A DNA stretch of 64,000 bases from Candidatus Kaiserbacteria bacterium RIFCSPLOWO2_01_FULL_51_21 (GCA_001781435.1 MFLV01000011.1:11268-75267), one strand, 5' to 3'. Shown: positions 9,421-18,370, counted from the first letter of the stretch. Translations and numbers: made by a program. Notes: generated from the letters alone by a model not told the origin.

Positions 9421-9605
9421 TTATTTTACTTCAATCCCTTACAGGGACAAGTCACGAATAGTTTTTTGCTAAAAACTTCCTCGACCCCGCCTCGGATACC
9501 TTTGTATCCTGCGGCTCTGAATCCTCTAAGTATCGGATTCAGCACCTTGTGGATATTTGTGCGAATTGCATTCTCAAAATATCTCACAAGGTCGATTGAT
9601 GTTTC

Positions 9606-10028
9606 CTACTTCACATCGATCCCCATTGACCGGGCGGTACCGGCAATAATCTTAATCGCTTGTTCCATGTCGTTGGCGTTTAAGTCAGGCATTTTCTTTT
9701 CGGCAATTTGACGAAGTTGCTCTTTAGTGACCACTCCCGCCTTTACCGTCGGCGTCTTGCCGGAACCTTTTTCAATACCAAGCGCCTTGAGAAGAAGCCG
9801 CGAGGCGGGTGGAGTTTTTAAAATAAAATCGAATGTGCGATCCTCATAGACAGAAATTTCAACTGGCACGATATCGCCACCCATATTTTTGGTGCGTTCG
9901 TTGAACTTCGTCACAAACTCGCCGATGTTCACTCCTGCGGGACCGAGCGCCGTGCCGATCGGCGGCGCCGGAGTCGCTTTGCCCGCGGGCGCCTGAAGTT
10001 TGATTTTTTTGACTATTTTTTTGGCCAT
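9606..10028 (-). CDS. rplK: Ribosomal protein L11
   Basis: [43 protein letters not shown]. Confidence 0.95.
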   Translation of the reverse strand: MAKKIVKKIKLQAPAGKATPAPPIGTALGPAGVNIGEFVTKFNERTKNMGGDIVPVEISVYEDRTFDFILKTPPASRLLLKALGIEKGSGKTPTVKAGVVTKEQLRQIAEKKMPDLNANDMEQAIKIIAGTARSMGIDVK

Positions 10029-10135
10029 GAAATTAACTTACAACTTACAACACACAACCTACAACAGAAGCAAACAAAACACAAATTAATTGCTTATCCC
10101 TGTTGTCAGTAGTAGGTTGTTGGTTGTGGGTCGAA
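10029..10135. repeat. CA-rich/GT-rich imperfect inverted repeat (long hairpin) between nusG and rplK
   Basis: acaacttacaacacacaacctacaaca ... tgttgtcagtagtaggttgttggttgtggg. Confidence 0.5.
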
Positions 10136-10681
10136 TTAGATTTTTTTTACTTGTAAAAAATCTAGTTCGACCGGCGTTTCCCGCCCGAACATCGGCACGA
10201 GAACCTTTACCTTACCGCGCTCCTCGTCAATCTCTCCGATACGCCCCTCAAGATCTTTAAACGGCCCATCAACGATGATGACTGCGTCGTTTGGCGAAAG
10301 ATCGATGGTGTGTTTCACAATATCCTCTCCCATACGTCTGAAGAGCTCTTCTATTTCAGCTTTTTCAAGCGGTACTGGATGAACGCCGGAGCCGACAAAG
10401 CCGGTCACCCGCGGCGTGTTGCGGACCACATACCAAGAGTCGTCGGTTACCGTCATATCAACGAGTACGTAACCAGGGTAGATTTTTTCCTCTTCCATGA
10501 CCCGTTTGCCTCCCTTGATTTTTATTTTCTTTTCAGTCGGCACCACAACGCTGAAAATTTTGTCCTCCATGCCAAGCGACTCAATGCGCTGCTTCAAGTT
10601 TCGTGCAACCGCATTTTCATATCCCGCGTAGGTGTGGATGGCGTACCAGTTGCGCTCTGTATGTAATCCCTGTTTCGCCAT
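10136..10681 (-). CDS. nusG: Transcription antiterminator NusG
   Basis: NWYAIHTYAGYENAV...KOW-like C-terminus GRETPVELDFLQV. Confidence 0.95.
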   Translation of the reverse strand: MAKQGLHTERNWYAIHTYAGYENAVARNLKQRIESLGMEDKIFSVVVPTEKKIKIKGGKRVMEEEKIYPGYVLVDMTVTDDSWYVVRNTPRVTGFVGSGVHPVPLEKAEIEELFRRMGEDIVKHTIDLSPNDAVIIVDGPFKDLEGRIGEIDEERGKVKVLVPMFGRETPVELDFLQVKKI

Positions 10682-10686
10682 ATTTT

Positions 10687-10869
10687 CTATGCGCCGATAA
10701 TGAGCTTAAGAATCGTTGTAAAAAAGAAATCGAAGACGCCCAAGAAAAATGCGGTGAAAAGCGAGATGCCGATAACAAAGGCCGAGAGCACCAGCGCCTG
10801 CCGGCGGGTGGGCCAACTCACATGCTTGAGCTCTCCGCGTGTCTCCTTAAGATAATCCGTTATGCGCAT
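10687..10869 (-). CDS. secE: Preprotein translocase subunit SecE
   Basis: A 60 aa protein with a single C-terminal TM helix, in the conserved secE-nusG-rplK order. Confidence 0.8.
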   Translation of the reverse strand: MRITDYLKETRGELKHVSWPTRRQALVLSAFVIGISLFTAFFLGVFDFFFTTILKLIIGA

Positions 10870-11083
10870 ATATTGGCAATTTTAAAAGCCCTCGCGGGCT
10901 TCGTATGGGGGCAGTATACACTACGGTCGGAAACGTGCAATCCCCGTACTAGATTTGGCATTGTCTCCCTGTTGCAACCGTCATCATAAGAGAGGACGAT
11001 GAACCGTGTTTCGAGCACAGCTGATTCAGCTGAACGAGAGAGACAAAGCAACTATGCCAAAATTCAGTGACGGGGCAAGCGGC

Positions 11084-11113
11084 AGAAAAATGAACGGCGC
11101 CGGGGTCGCGGCG
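11084..11113 (+). terminator. Plus-strand intrinsic terminator with no annotated plus-strand gene upstream
   Basis: AACGGCGCCggggtcGCGGCGCCGTTTTTT. Confidence 0.4.
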
Positions 11114-11181
11114 CCGTTTTTTGCGTTGAGGACATTGAGGACTAGGCCTGCGCCGTCCTCCCGCCCGTAGGTTTCTTTTTC

Positions 11182-11499
11182 TTATTGTTCTCGTTGGACG
11201 ACCGGGGGAACGGCAGAGACCTTTCTGCCCGAGCCGTTCGTCCGAATTCCGGCGAGTGTGAAGGCCTGTGCATCAGTCTCGACGTGAAGCACACCAATCC
11301 TCCTCAGCTCCCTCTTGTCCCGAAGATGGTAGCACACCACCCTCACGGACTCTTCTTTCTTCACTACGCCCTCAACACGCAGAAGGTCGTGGGACGGGGT
11401 CTCGCCGATTAAGGTGTACTTGAAAGGCGAGAGTGAAAGATTCTGCTGTTCCGACTGGCGATGCTCCTTCTTCCAGTCTTTCCGGGTCTTCTTGGACAT
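11182..11499 (-). CDS. Hypothetical basic protein
   Basis: ORF only; no recognisable motif. Confidence 0.3.
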   Translation of the reverse strand: MSKKTRKDWKKEHRQSEQQNLSLSPFKYTLIGETPSHDLLRVEGVVKKEESVRVVCYHLRDKRELRRIGVLHVETDAQAFTLAGIRTNGSGRKVSAVPPVVQREQ

Positions 11500-11609
11500 G
11501 TGCTTCTCCCGTAAAAGTTGTACGCGCCAAACGCTACGTGTACGCTATTTTTAACTATAGTACTTCGTAACGAAAAAGTCAAGGAATACCCCTTTAAAGC
11601 GAGCGGTCT

Positions 11610-12398
11610 TTATCTAATCTCGTAGGTAATGGAGACGTTCGAGACAATTTTATTCTCACCAACCGGCACTTCCGGCGCTATTCTATCCCCGCCCATACCA
11701 AGCCCTTCGGCCTTACCGTAGAAAATCGGGTAGGGCTGCTGCCCCGACTCGCTGAAGCTCACGATGCGAACCAAGGTAACATCGAGGTCTTTGGCTAGAG
11801 CCGCAGCTTTTTCCTTTGCGTCACTGATTGCTTTCTTGCGAGCCTCCTGCTGGAGAGCATCTTCATCGTCAATGGTAAAATCAAGTCCGCTCACGTTGGT
11901 GACACCGAACTCCCCGACTCCCGTGAGAAGCTCCCCGGCTTTTTTTGTGTTGCGCACCTTAACCGACAGCGTCTGATTCACGCGATATCCTTTGAGTATC
12001 TGCTTCCCGGGCGGACAACCGTACTGCGTACATACTTGGTTTTGGTACTCGTATTCCGGATAGACTGAATAGTTCACGGTCTTAAGATCTCTCTCCTCCA
12101 CCCCCTGGGCTTTAAGATAGCTAATGACTTTATTGATTTTGCCTGTCGCAACTTCCTGTGCCTCCGCAACCGTGGCTTTCAGTTCATCGACGGAAACCAT
12201 AAAGGTCGCTATGTCCGGCACCGCAAATACCTCGCCCTCGCCGTTAACCGAAATGGTATTGGAGATTGGCACACCTCCGCCGATAAAACGGTAGCCTTTA
12301 AGCTCAGTAACCGTCTTTGAAAGCACAAAAAGGGAAAGTAGCCCGACGAGCAAAAGAACTGCGGCAGACATGTAGGAACGATTGAGCAAGTCTTGCAT
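11610..12398 (-). CDS. SIMPL-domain (DUF541/BP26-like) periplasmic protein
   Basis: N-terminal TM or signal sequence and a SIMPL-like segment ...NYSVYPEYEY...VSNVSITYEI. Confidence 0.55.
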   Translation of the reverse strand: MQDLLNRSYMSAAVLLLVGLLSLFVLSKTVTELKGYRFIGGGVPISNTISVNGEGEVFAVPDIATFMVSVDELKATVAEAQEVATGKINKVISYLKAQGVEERDLKTVNYSVYPEYEYQNQVCTQYGCPPGKQILKGYRVNQTLSVKVRNTKKAGELLTGVGEFGVTNVSGLDFTIDDEDALQQEARKKAISDAKEKAAALAKDLDVTLVRIVSFSESGQQPYPIFYGKAEGLGMGGDRIAPEVPVGENKIVSNVSITYEIR

Positions 12399-12514
12399 AG
12401 TAGCGAATGCGAGTAGTTATCGGTTACTAATACTATTAAAAAAGCAGTATACCCTGTAGTAGATTTTTCGCAAGAAAAACTCACTACAGGGTATACCCGA
12501 AGAGCCCATGGGTT

Positions 12515-13159
12515 CTAATTAAGGGTATCAGCAAGCTTGTGGTTAACGTCGCGGTGATGCATCTCGTCGTTGCGGGTCGCAATAATGACTTCCCTGAGGC
12601 GCGCGGCAGGAGCAAGAGACCAATAGCGGATAGCGAGTGCGGGAGCAGGGATGTTTTTTCGCTCATTCGCCTCCACTTCCGCCAAATACTCGCTATAGCT
12701 GTGGACCGCGGCCTCTTCGAGATATCCGGCGAGACGATGAGCCGTGTGCGGAGAAAAAAGATAGATGCAGAAATAGCTCAAACCAAACACCCATTGCGCG
12801 ACAAATATCAGCAAACGCTCCAGAGACGTCGGCTGAGCGATATGAATAAACACCATCAAATGCATCCGCTCGTTTTCAGCCTCCGCAAGGAGGGTGCGTA
12901 TCCATCCACCATCGTCGCGAAGGTGGCGAAGCGCCTTGAAATGCTGCATCATCCCGCCGACCATCCCCGGCACCGCCGCAACCGTCTCAAGCACCACGGC
13001 ACGGTGTCCGTACCGCTCTCGAAAAAATGTATCCGCAACCCACAGGGCGAATCGCACCAGCCCATAGGCAACCGTGTCACGGAGACCGTGGGGTTTGTAG
13101 TGAAAGAAGAGCTGGTGCTCTGACACTATTATATTGTCCGGGGTAGCGTGTAGATGCAT
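12515..13159 (-). CDS. aox: Alternative oxidase (AOX/PTOX family di-iron ubiquinol oxidase)
   Basis: Diagnostic AOX motifs are present: LETVAAVPGMVGGM, NERMHL, LEEAAVHSY and RNDEMHHRDVNH. Confidence 0.75.
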   Translation of the reverse strand: MHLHATPDNIIVSEHQLFFHYKPHGLRDTVAYGLVRFALWVADTFFRERYGHRAVVLETVAAVPGMVGGMMQHFKALRHLRDDGGWIRTLLAEAENERMHLMVFIHIAQPTSLERLLIFVAQWVFGLSYFCIYLFSPHTAHRLAGYLEEAAVHSYSEYLAEVEANERKNIPAPALAIRYWSLAPAARLREVIIATRNDEMHHRDVNHKLADTLN

Positions 13160-13193
13160 AGATTATGCCTTGAAGAGAGTATAGCAAACAGCC

Positions 13194-13919
13194 CTAGAAA
13201 TGGGCGAGCTGAATCGCCGCAAACAGTACGCCAACTCCGAGAACGGTCATGAAGGTGGTAAGAATTTTCGGGTGAGCATGGTGACTTTCAGGTATAAGGT
13301 CACTCGCGCCGATGTAGAGAAAGAATCCTGTAAAGAGTGCGAGGATGATGCTTAGATATTTTTCCGGCAGGGTAAAAAAAAGAGTTGAGCCCGCGCCAAG
13401 AACCGGCGTAACTGCGTCCACCAAGAGCCAGCGAAATGCACTGCTACGGCGTCCTGCGTTTTTGAGAACTAAATTGACCGTGTTGATGCCGTCGGAGAAG
13501 TCGTGGACAAGAACTGCGGCTGTTACTACTGCGCCAATCGCCGCAGAGACTTGGAATGCCAGGCCAATTGCCACACCGTCGAGGAAGCTATGGAAACAGA
13601 GGCTCCCCGCTCCAAGAATCCCGCGGTGAGTCGAGGCGTGCTCAACCCCCTCTTCCCCACTGTGGGAATGAAAAAAAATTGTTCTATCAAGTAAAAGATA
13701 GAGGAGAAAACCAACGGTAACAAACTGTGTGACGGTTGCGACGTCAAAAAATTGCTGTCCAAGCTCAATCGATTCTGGCAGTAAATCGAAAAAGGCAACG
13801 CCAATGACCGCTCCGGCGCTAAATCCCAAAATCAAGTGCAACTTGTCGCGGAAACGAAGCGCAAAAAGACCGCCGACGAGTGTTGAGACAAACGCAGCAA
13901 AAGCAATGGCAAGTATCAT
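13194..13919 (-). CDS. zupT: ZIP-family zinc/iron transporter
   Basis: HSFLDGVAIGLAF and HDFSDGIN motifs. The start is chosen at MILAIAF to avoid overlapping tRNA-His. Confidence 0.75.
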   Translation of the reverse strand: MILAIAFAAFVSTLVGGLFALRFRDKLHLILGFSAGAVIGVAFFDLLPESIELGQQFFDVATVTQFVTVGFLLYLLLDRTIFFHSHSGEEGVEHASTHRGILGAGSLCFHSFLDGVAIGLAFQVSAAIGAVVTAAVLVHDFSDGINTVNLVLKNAGRRSSAFRWLLVDAVTPVLGAGSTLFFTLPEKYLSIILALFTGFFLYIGASDLIPESHHAHPKILTTFMTVLGVGVLFAAIQLAHF

Positions 13920-13947
13920 ACGAATGTAAGTTAGCGAGTACTTTTTT

Positions 13948-14022
13948 TGGGTGCCTACTGGGATTCGAACCCAGTCTGGCTCCTCCACAGGGAGCAGTGC
14001 TGACCATTACACCATAGGCACC
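13948..14022 (-). tRNA. tRNA-His (anticodon GUG), with encoded CCA
   Basis: Reverse complement GGTGCCTATGGTGTAATGGTCAGCACTGCTCCCTGTGGAGGAGCCAGACTGGGTTCGAATCCCAGTAGGCACCCA; anticodon loop CUGUGGA. Confidence 0.8.
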
Positions 14023-14068
14023 ATCTGTTCAAACTAACAAAGTCTGGATAGGCCAATCGTGTTAGTTT

Positions 14069-14155
14069 TGGTGCGCGGGAGAGGATTTGAACCTCCAAGC
14101 CCTTACGGGCACCACCACCTCAAGATGGCGTGTCTACCGATTTCACCACCCGCGC
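14069..14155 (-). tRNA. Type II tRNA with a long variable arm; anticodon read as GAG (Leu)
   Basis: Reverse complement GCGCGGGTGGTGAAATCGGTAGACACGCCATCTTGAGGTGGTG...GGAGGTTCAAATCCTCTCCCGCGCACCA. Confidence 0.65.
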
Positions 14156-14814
14156 GCATTTTTGTCAAGTTTAAGCGCTTTATATATCTTTTCCTTCTTC
14201 CGCGCTAGACAGACAGCGGTATCGCTATAATACATTTTTTTAATAATTTTCAAAGACTCTTTCTTAGCATACTTAAGCTGGTAGGTAGAACCTTTACCGT
14301 CCTTTGTAATATGCCCTATTACTTCTGACCTCACCCGGAGCGATTGCCGGATCCAATCAATAAAACTCTTACTTGCAGAAGCTAACTGTAAGTAGTACAT
14401 GAAACTTGAACGCCACCGTGGATCCCAATAAGAATAAAAAGATCCGTCACCGTCAAAACATCCGCGCAGAAAATCAAAAAAATACTGCTGAGGAACATCG
14501 ACTGCTCCAATGGTCTTTGACTTGGCAGGCGTTAATCCAATACCAAGTAGAAACTGATAAAACAAAATATCCCCGAATTGAACACGGAAGTAATCTCGTT
14601 TTTTATGTCCACTGGAGTGTTTGGCCAATTTAGAGTCAAGACCGAGACAATGTTTGAATGTTTTAAGCTGTTCAATGTCTTTTGACACAAGAACGATATG
14701 GTATCCATCAATTGAAAGACACCCATCGGTCGCAATAAGTCCAATTGCATAGGCAAATTCCGGCGACCATTTAATTTTTACTTTTCCCTTTGGCTTTACC
14801 CCTCTTGCTCCCAC
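14143..14814 (-). mobile_element. Free-standing LAGLIDADG homing endonuclease gene (two-motif, single-chain type); its 3' end overlaps tRNA-Leu by 13 nt
   Basis: Two LAGLIDADG motifs, YAIGLIATDGCL and FLRGCFDGDGSF. The gene is markedly more AT-rich than its flanks. Confidence 0.8.
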
Positions 14815-14904
14815 ATATCTATTTTACCTCAAGGCCATAGCGTATACCAAATAAATTATACACGAAATCCTCGTTGGCTTGAGAGGTCTTAGCAATCACT
14901 TTTC

Positions 14905-15357
14905 CTATACCGCCGCTACTTCTGCGGGAGATTCTTTATTGTCAGGGGTTTTTAAAACTACCTGTTGCGACCGGCGCATTTGTTTGCGGATTTCTTTTGC
15001 CGCTTTGTTGCGAATATAGTAGAGCTTCGCGCGCCGCACGCGGCTCCGAGACACCTTTTCAATCTTATCGATTGCCGGAGAATAGAGCGGAAATACCCGT
15101 TCAACTCCTACCCCATCAATAACCCGACGTATGGTAAATGTCGCGCCTGCCTCACTGCCATGCTTGCGTGCAAGCACGAGCCCCTCAAATGCCTGGAGGC
15201 GCGCATTCTTCGTCGTTACCTCTTTTTTGTTGGCAGCTTTGGTGTGTTTCAATTCCTCAATTTTTTGCCACACACGCACGGTGTCGCCGGGGCGAACATC
15301 GAGTTTTTTGCGCTCTTCCATATTTACCGGAGAGATTTTGATTTCTGGCATTTTCAT
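14905..15357 (-). CDS. rplS: Ribosomal protein L19
   Basis: [11 protein letters not shown]...[13 protein letters not shown]...[19 protein letters not shown]. Confidence 0.9.
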   Translation of the reverse strand: MKMPEIKISPVNMEERKKLDVRPGDTVRVWQKIEELKHTKAANKKEVTTKNARLQAFEGLVLARKHGSEAGATFTIRRVIDGVGVERVFPLYSPAIDKIEKVSRSRVRRAKLYYIRNKAAKEIRKQMRRSQQVVLKTPDNKESPAEVAAV

Positions 15358-15399
15358 GACGCGAATACTCTAACACGAGCATCACCGCTCCGCAAGAAT

Positions 15400-15520
15400 C
15401 TTTGGTAATGTGCAAGCACATATGGCGGTTGACGTTGACATTCCACCTGCCGTCATTGCGATTCGCGTTGACAACCGAGACGTTTGCGTGCCTCGCGCCA
15501 CCCATACCACCATCCATTGA
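15400..15520 (-). pseudogene. Degenerate duplicate of the 3' end of the upstream 254-aa gene
   Basis: DNA at 15400-15500 is about 75% identical to 15760-15840. Translations VVNANRNDGRWNVNVNRH and VVFAGRRDGGWDVDVYRL align. Confidence 0.45.
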
Positions 15521-15706
15521 ATTCTCTCCGGATTGTATCGGATTCGGAGTCGGAACTCCTTAGTGTGCGGCACCAACTCGTTTCTTTTTTACGGGATTTG
15601 CACCCGAAACCTCGCCACCCGAAGCTTGCGCCGCGGATGCCAGCGTGTTCACATAAAAATATACCTCTCCTTTCGCCGAAGCGAAAGGAGAGGTAGTGAC
15701 CAAGGG

Positions 15707-16471
15707 TCACAGAGTCGCAGCGTCCGAGTTGCGGACAAAGAGGCGGTAGTCGGCATCCCAGCGATAGCCGTAGTCGAGCCGGTAGACGTCGACATCCCAC
15801 CCGCCGTCACGGCGACCCGCGAAGACAACCGAGACGAGATCGTTCTTGTCGATGACGAAAAAGAAGTTCGCCCAGCTATCGGTACGCAGACCGACATTCG
15901 TGCCCTTCTCTTGGCGCTCGATGAGCGATTCGATTTGGGGCAAAGCGAAAACGTGGTTTCGTTCGACGAGGAACGAAACCAGTTCGCCGACGTCTCGTGT
16001 CGAGACCTTAAGGACGGCTTGCGCCATCTCAATGAAGGTCAGCTCTTGGCCCAGTGCATAGATTGAGGCCGGGCTGGGAACTTCTGCTCCCTGTTTGGTC
16101 GACAGCCAGCGATCGATGTTGCCGTCGCGATAGCCGTAGAGGTTTTCGCGGAAGCAGTCCTCCGTCTTCTTTTCGGCGGTTGCCGGAAGTTGCACCAGTC
16201 CCCCGATGCGGTTGAGCACCGCGGCAGGAGGAGCGGTGGAAACGGAGTGCGGCTCGGGCACCACCCTATTGAAGCGCCCCTCGATTGCGTCTTGCAGATA
16301 CGCCTTTAGCTCTTCTGGGTTGAACGGATAGCCGTTCGGCTGCCGTAACTGCCTTCCAAGCTCGAAGAGCTGGCCGGTGATGGATTCGTACAAATCGCCT
16401 GCGACCTGTGCGGCCATGACGATATCTCCTTTAGTTTGAAAAGAGCTGTCCCGGGGAGCGGAAACCCACAC
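15707..16471 (-). CDS. Hypothetical protein on a GC-rich island (function unknown)
   Basis: Long ORF of about 60% GC versus about 50% in the surroundings. C-terminus ...GRRDGGWDVDVYRLDYGYRWDADYRLF. A likely start is at MAAQVAGD (16417). Confidence 0.5.
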   Translation of the reverse strand: MWVSAPRDSSFQTKGDIVMAAQVAGDLYESITGQLFELGRQLRQPNGYPFNPEELKAYLQDAIEGRFNRVVPEPHSVSTAPPAAVLNRIGGLVQLPATAEKKTEDCFRENLYGYRDGNIDRWLSTKQGAEVPSPASIYALGQELTFIEMAQAVLKVSTRDVGELVSFLVERNHVFALPQIESLIERQEKGTNVGLRTDSWANFFFVIDKNDLVSVVFAGRRDGGWDVDVYRLDYGYRWDADYRLFVRNSDAATL

Positions 16472-16513
16472 CCGTCAGCTGAATATAATTATACATCACT
16501 GGACGCCATATTG

Positions 16514-17272
16514 TCAAGCTGTCGTCTGGGTAAGTATTTTTTCGGCTTTTTCGAAATCTTCCGGAAGCGGTGTCTCAAGTTTTATGCGGGCGCCGGAGGG
16601 CAAGCTAAGTTCGAGCGAAAGGGCATGGAGTGCGAGGCGAGTAAACCCGAGCGCACAGGGGCGATTTGGCGCGTAGAGCTTATCACAGACAATTGGATGC
16701 CGAAGTGCTTTAAAGTGCACGCGGATTTGATGGGTACGGCCGGATTTGGGAGAAACTTCAACAAACGAAAACTGCGGCGTCGAAGAAAGCACGCGATACT
16801 CGGTCACCGCTTCACGCAAGGTACCGCGTGCATCGCGCTCGGCGGACCAGAGCGGAAAATCCTTGCGGCTTTTGCCGATGGGAAGATTGATTGTCCCCTG
16901 TTTTTCAGGAAGCGCGCCGTATACAAACGCATTGTAGATTTTTTTGACGCGGCGGTTTTTGAACTCGTTTTTGAGATACTCAAATGCTTTCTGATTTTTC
17001 GCAAGAATCATGATGCCCGAAGTGTCGCGGTCAAGCCGATGCACGATGCCCGGCCTCAAGATTTCACGTCCATCAGAAAGAGAGCCACGCTCACCGATTT
17101 CCGCGAGCGCCGGATAGCGCCGTAAAATCCAGTCCACAAGAGTAGGTTCCTCTGTCTTCCCCCCTGCATGAACCGCAAGACCACTCGACTTATTGACCGC
17201 GAGCACATCAGCGTCTTCGTAGACAACCGTGACATCACTTTCCGAAATTTCGTTTGCGTTTTGAGAATTCAT
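16514..17272 (-). CDS. RluA-family pseudouridine synthase
   Basis: HRLDRDTSGIMILAK catalytic motif. The start is taken at MNSQNAN to avoid overlapping uppS. Confidence 0.8.
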   Translation of the reverse strand: MNSQNANEISESDVTVVYEDADVLAVNKSSGLAVHAGGKTEEPTLVDWILRRYPALAEIGERGSLSDGREILRPGIVHRLDRDTSGIMILAKNQKAFEYLKNEFKNRRVKKIYNAFVYGALPEKQGTINLPIGKSRKDFPLWSAERDARGTLREAVTEYRVLSSTPQFSFVEVSPKSGRTHQIRVHFKALRHPIVCDKLYAPNRPCALGFTRLALHALSLELSLPSGARIKLETPLPEDFEKAEKILTQTTA

Positions 17273-17933
17273 CAAGTATGGCAAAAAATTCTTGCTTGCT
17301 GAACGCCGGCCAGTAGGTTTTGGTGAAAAAAAGTTCGCTGTAAACACTTTGCCACGGCAAGAACCCCGAGAGACGCTGTTCCCCGCCGGTGCGGATGATA
17401 ATGTCCGGGTCCGGCATTGGGTAAGTGAATAAATTCTTTGCAATAAGTGCTTCCGTGATTTCTTCCGGTTCCAGCTGTTGAGCAACAATCCGCTGTACGG
17501 TTCTCACAATTTCAACACGTCCTCCGTAGGCAAGTGCGATATAAAAGTGGATCCCCTCGTTATCCATTGTTTCCGCCTCCGTCTTTGTTATCAACTTCTG
17601 GATATCGAGAGGCAAGAGAGCCAAATCGCCGACACATTTAAGAACGCCCCCTTCCTTTTTAAAATCCGTCATGAAGTCCCGGAGTGACAAACGAATCAGC
17701 TTAAAGAGGTGGGAAACTTCTTCCTCTGTCCGTTTAAGGTTTTCCGTAGAGAGTGCGTATACAATAAGATTTTTTACTCCAACTTCCTTTGCCCACCGAA
17801 TCACCTCTCTGACTTTATCGAGGCCCGCTCGATGCCCTTCAAGCTGCGGGAGATTGCGCTCACGCGCAAAACGACGATTGCCGTCCATAATAATGCCGAC
17901 GCAGGCCGGCGCATTTGCGGTGGTTGTGGTCAT
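17235..17933 (-). CDS. uppS: Undecaprenyl pyrophosphate synthase
   Basis: VGIIMDGNRRFA...YALSTENLKR. Confidence 0.9.
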   Translation of the reverse strand: MTTTTANAPACVGIIMDGNRRFARERNLPQLEGHRAGLDKVREVIRWAKEVGVKNLIVYALSTENLKRTEEEVSHLFKLIRLSLRDFMTDFKKEGGVLKCVGDLALLPLDIQKLITKTEAETMDNEGIHFYIALAYGGRVEIVRTVQRIVAQQLEPEEITEALIAKNLFTYPMPDPDIIIRTGGEQRLSGFLPWQSVYSELFFTKTYWPAFSKQEFFAILDEFSKRKRNFGK

Positions 17934-17935
17934 TG

Positions 17936-18214
17936 TCAGTACACAATACTAAAACCCTCGTATGCTGTCGTCGGTTTCCTCCACACAACGACGATATCCT
18001 TTACATTCGCGAGAATCGGTCCTCTTTTAAGATCTTTCAACAATAGTTCAAGCTTTTCGCGCGTACCTTGTGCGATAATGTGCACCGACCCGTCGAGGAG
18101 ATTTTCCACTGTTCCAACAATGCCAAACCGCCGCGCATGCCGCAGAGCAAAATCCCGATACATCACAAGCTGGACTCGTCCCGTTACAAGGCACTCAATC
18201 TCCTCAATCATCAA
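17936..18214 (-). CDS. acyP: Acylphosphatase
   Basis: VTGRVQLVMYRDFALRHARRFGIVGTVENLLDGSVHIIAQG. Confidence 0.8.
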   Translation of the reverse strand: MMIEEIECLVTGRVQLVMYRDFALRHARRFGIVGTVENLLDGSVHIIAQGTREKLELLLKDLKRGPILANVKDIVVVWRKPTTAYEGFSIVY

Positions 18215-18297
18215 TCATCCTATTGAAACACAGCAAAACATAGGAAAGAAACGATTTTGATACACGCTGTAGGATTCGGACGGTCTTCGGTTTTCTG

Positions 18298-18370
18298 TGG
18301 GCGGTGCAAGACTCGAACTTGCGACCTACCCGGTGTAAACGGGTTGCTCTACCAACTGAGCTAACCGCCC
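18298..18370 (-). tRNA. tRNA-Val (anticodon UAC)
   Basis: Reverse complement GGGCGGTTAGCTCAGTTGGTAGAGCAACCCGTTTACACCGGGTAGGTCGCAAGTTCGAGTCTTGCACCGCCCA. Confidence 0.8.

Noticed and set aside
10860-11051. 63-aa minus-strand ORF upstream of secE as a possible rpmG (L33)
   Set aside because: The translation does not resemble L33 and the frame overlaps a hairpin-rich region, so it is probably non-coding.
15453-16066. Overlapping ORFs 15533..16066(+), 15453..15800(-) and 15649..16032(-) in the GC-rich island
   Set aside because: High GC yields long spurious frames. The 254-aa minus-strand frame is the longest, and only it is supported by the duplicated 3' fragment.
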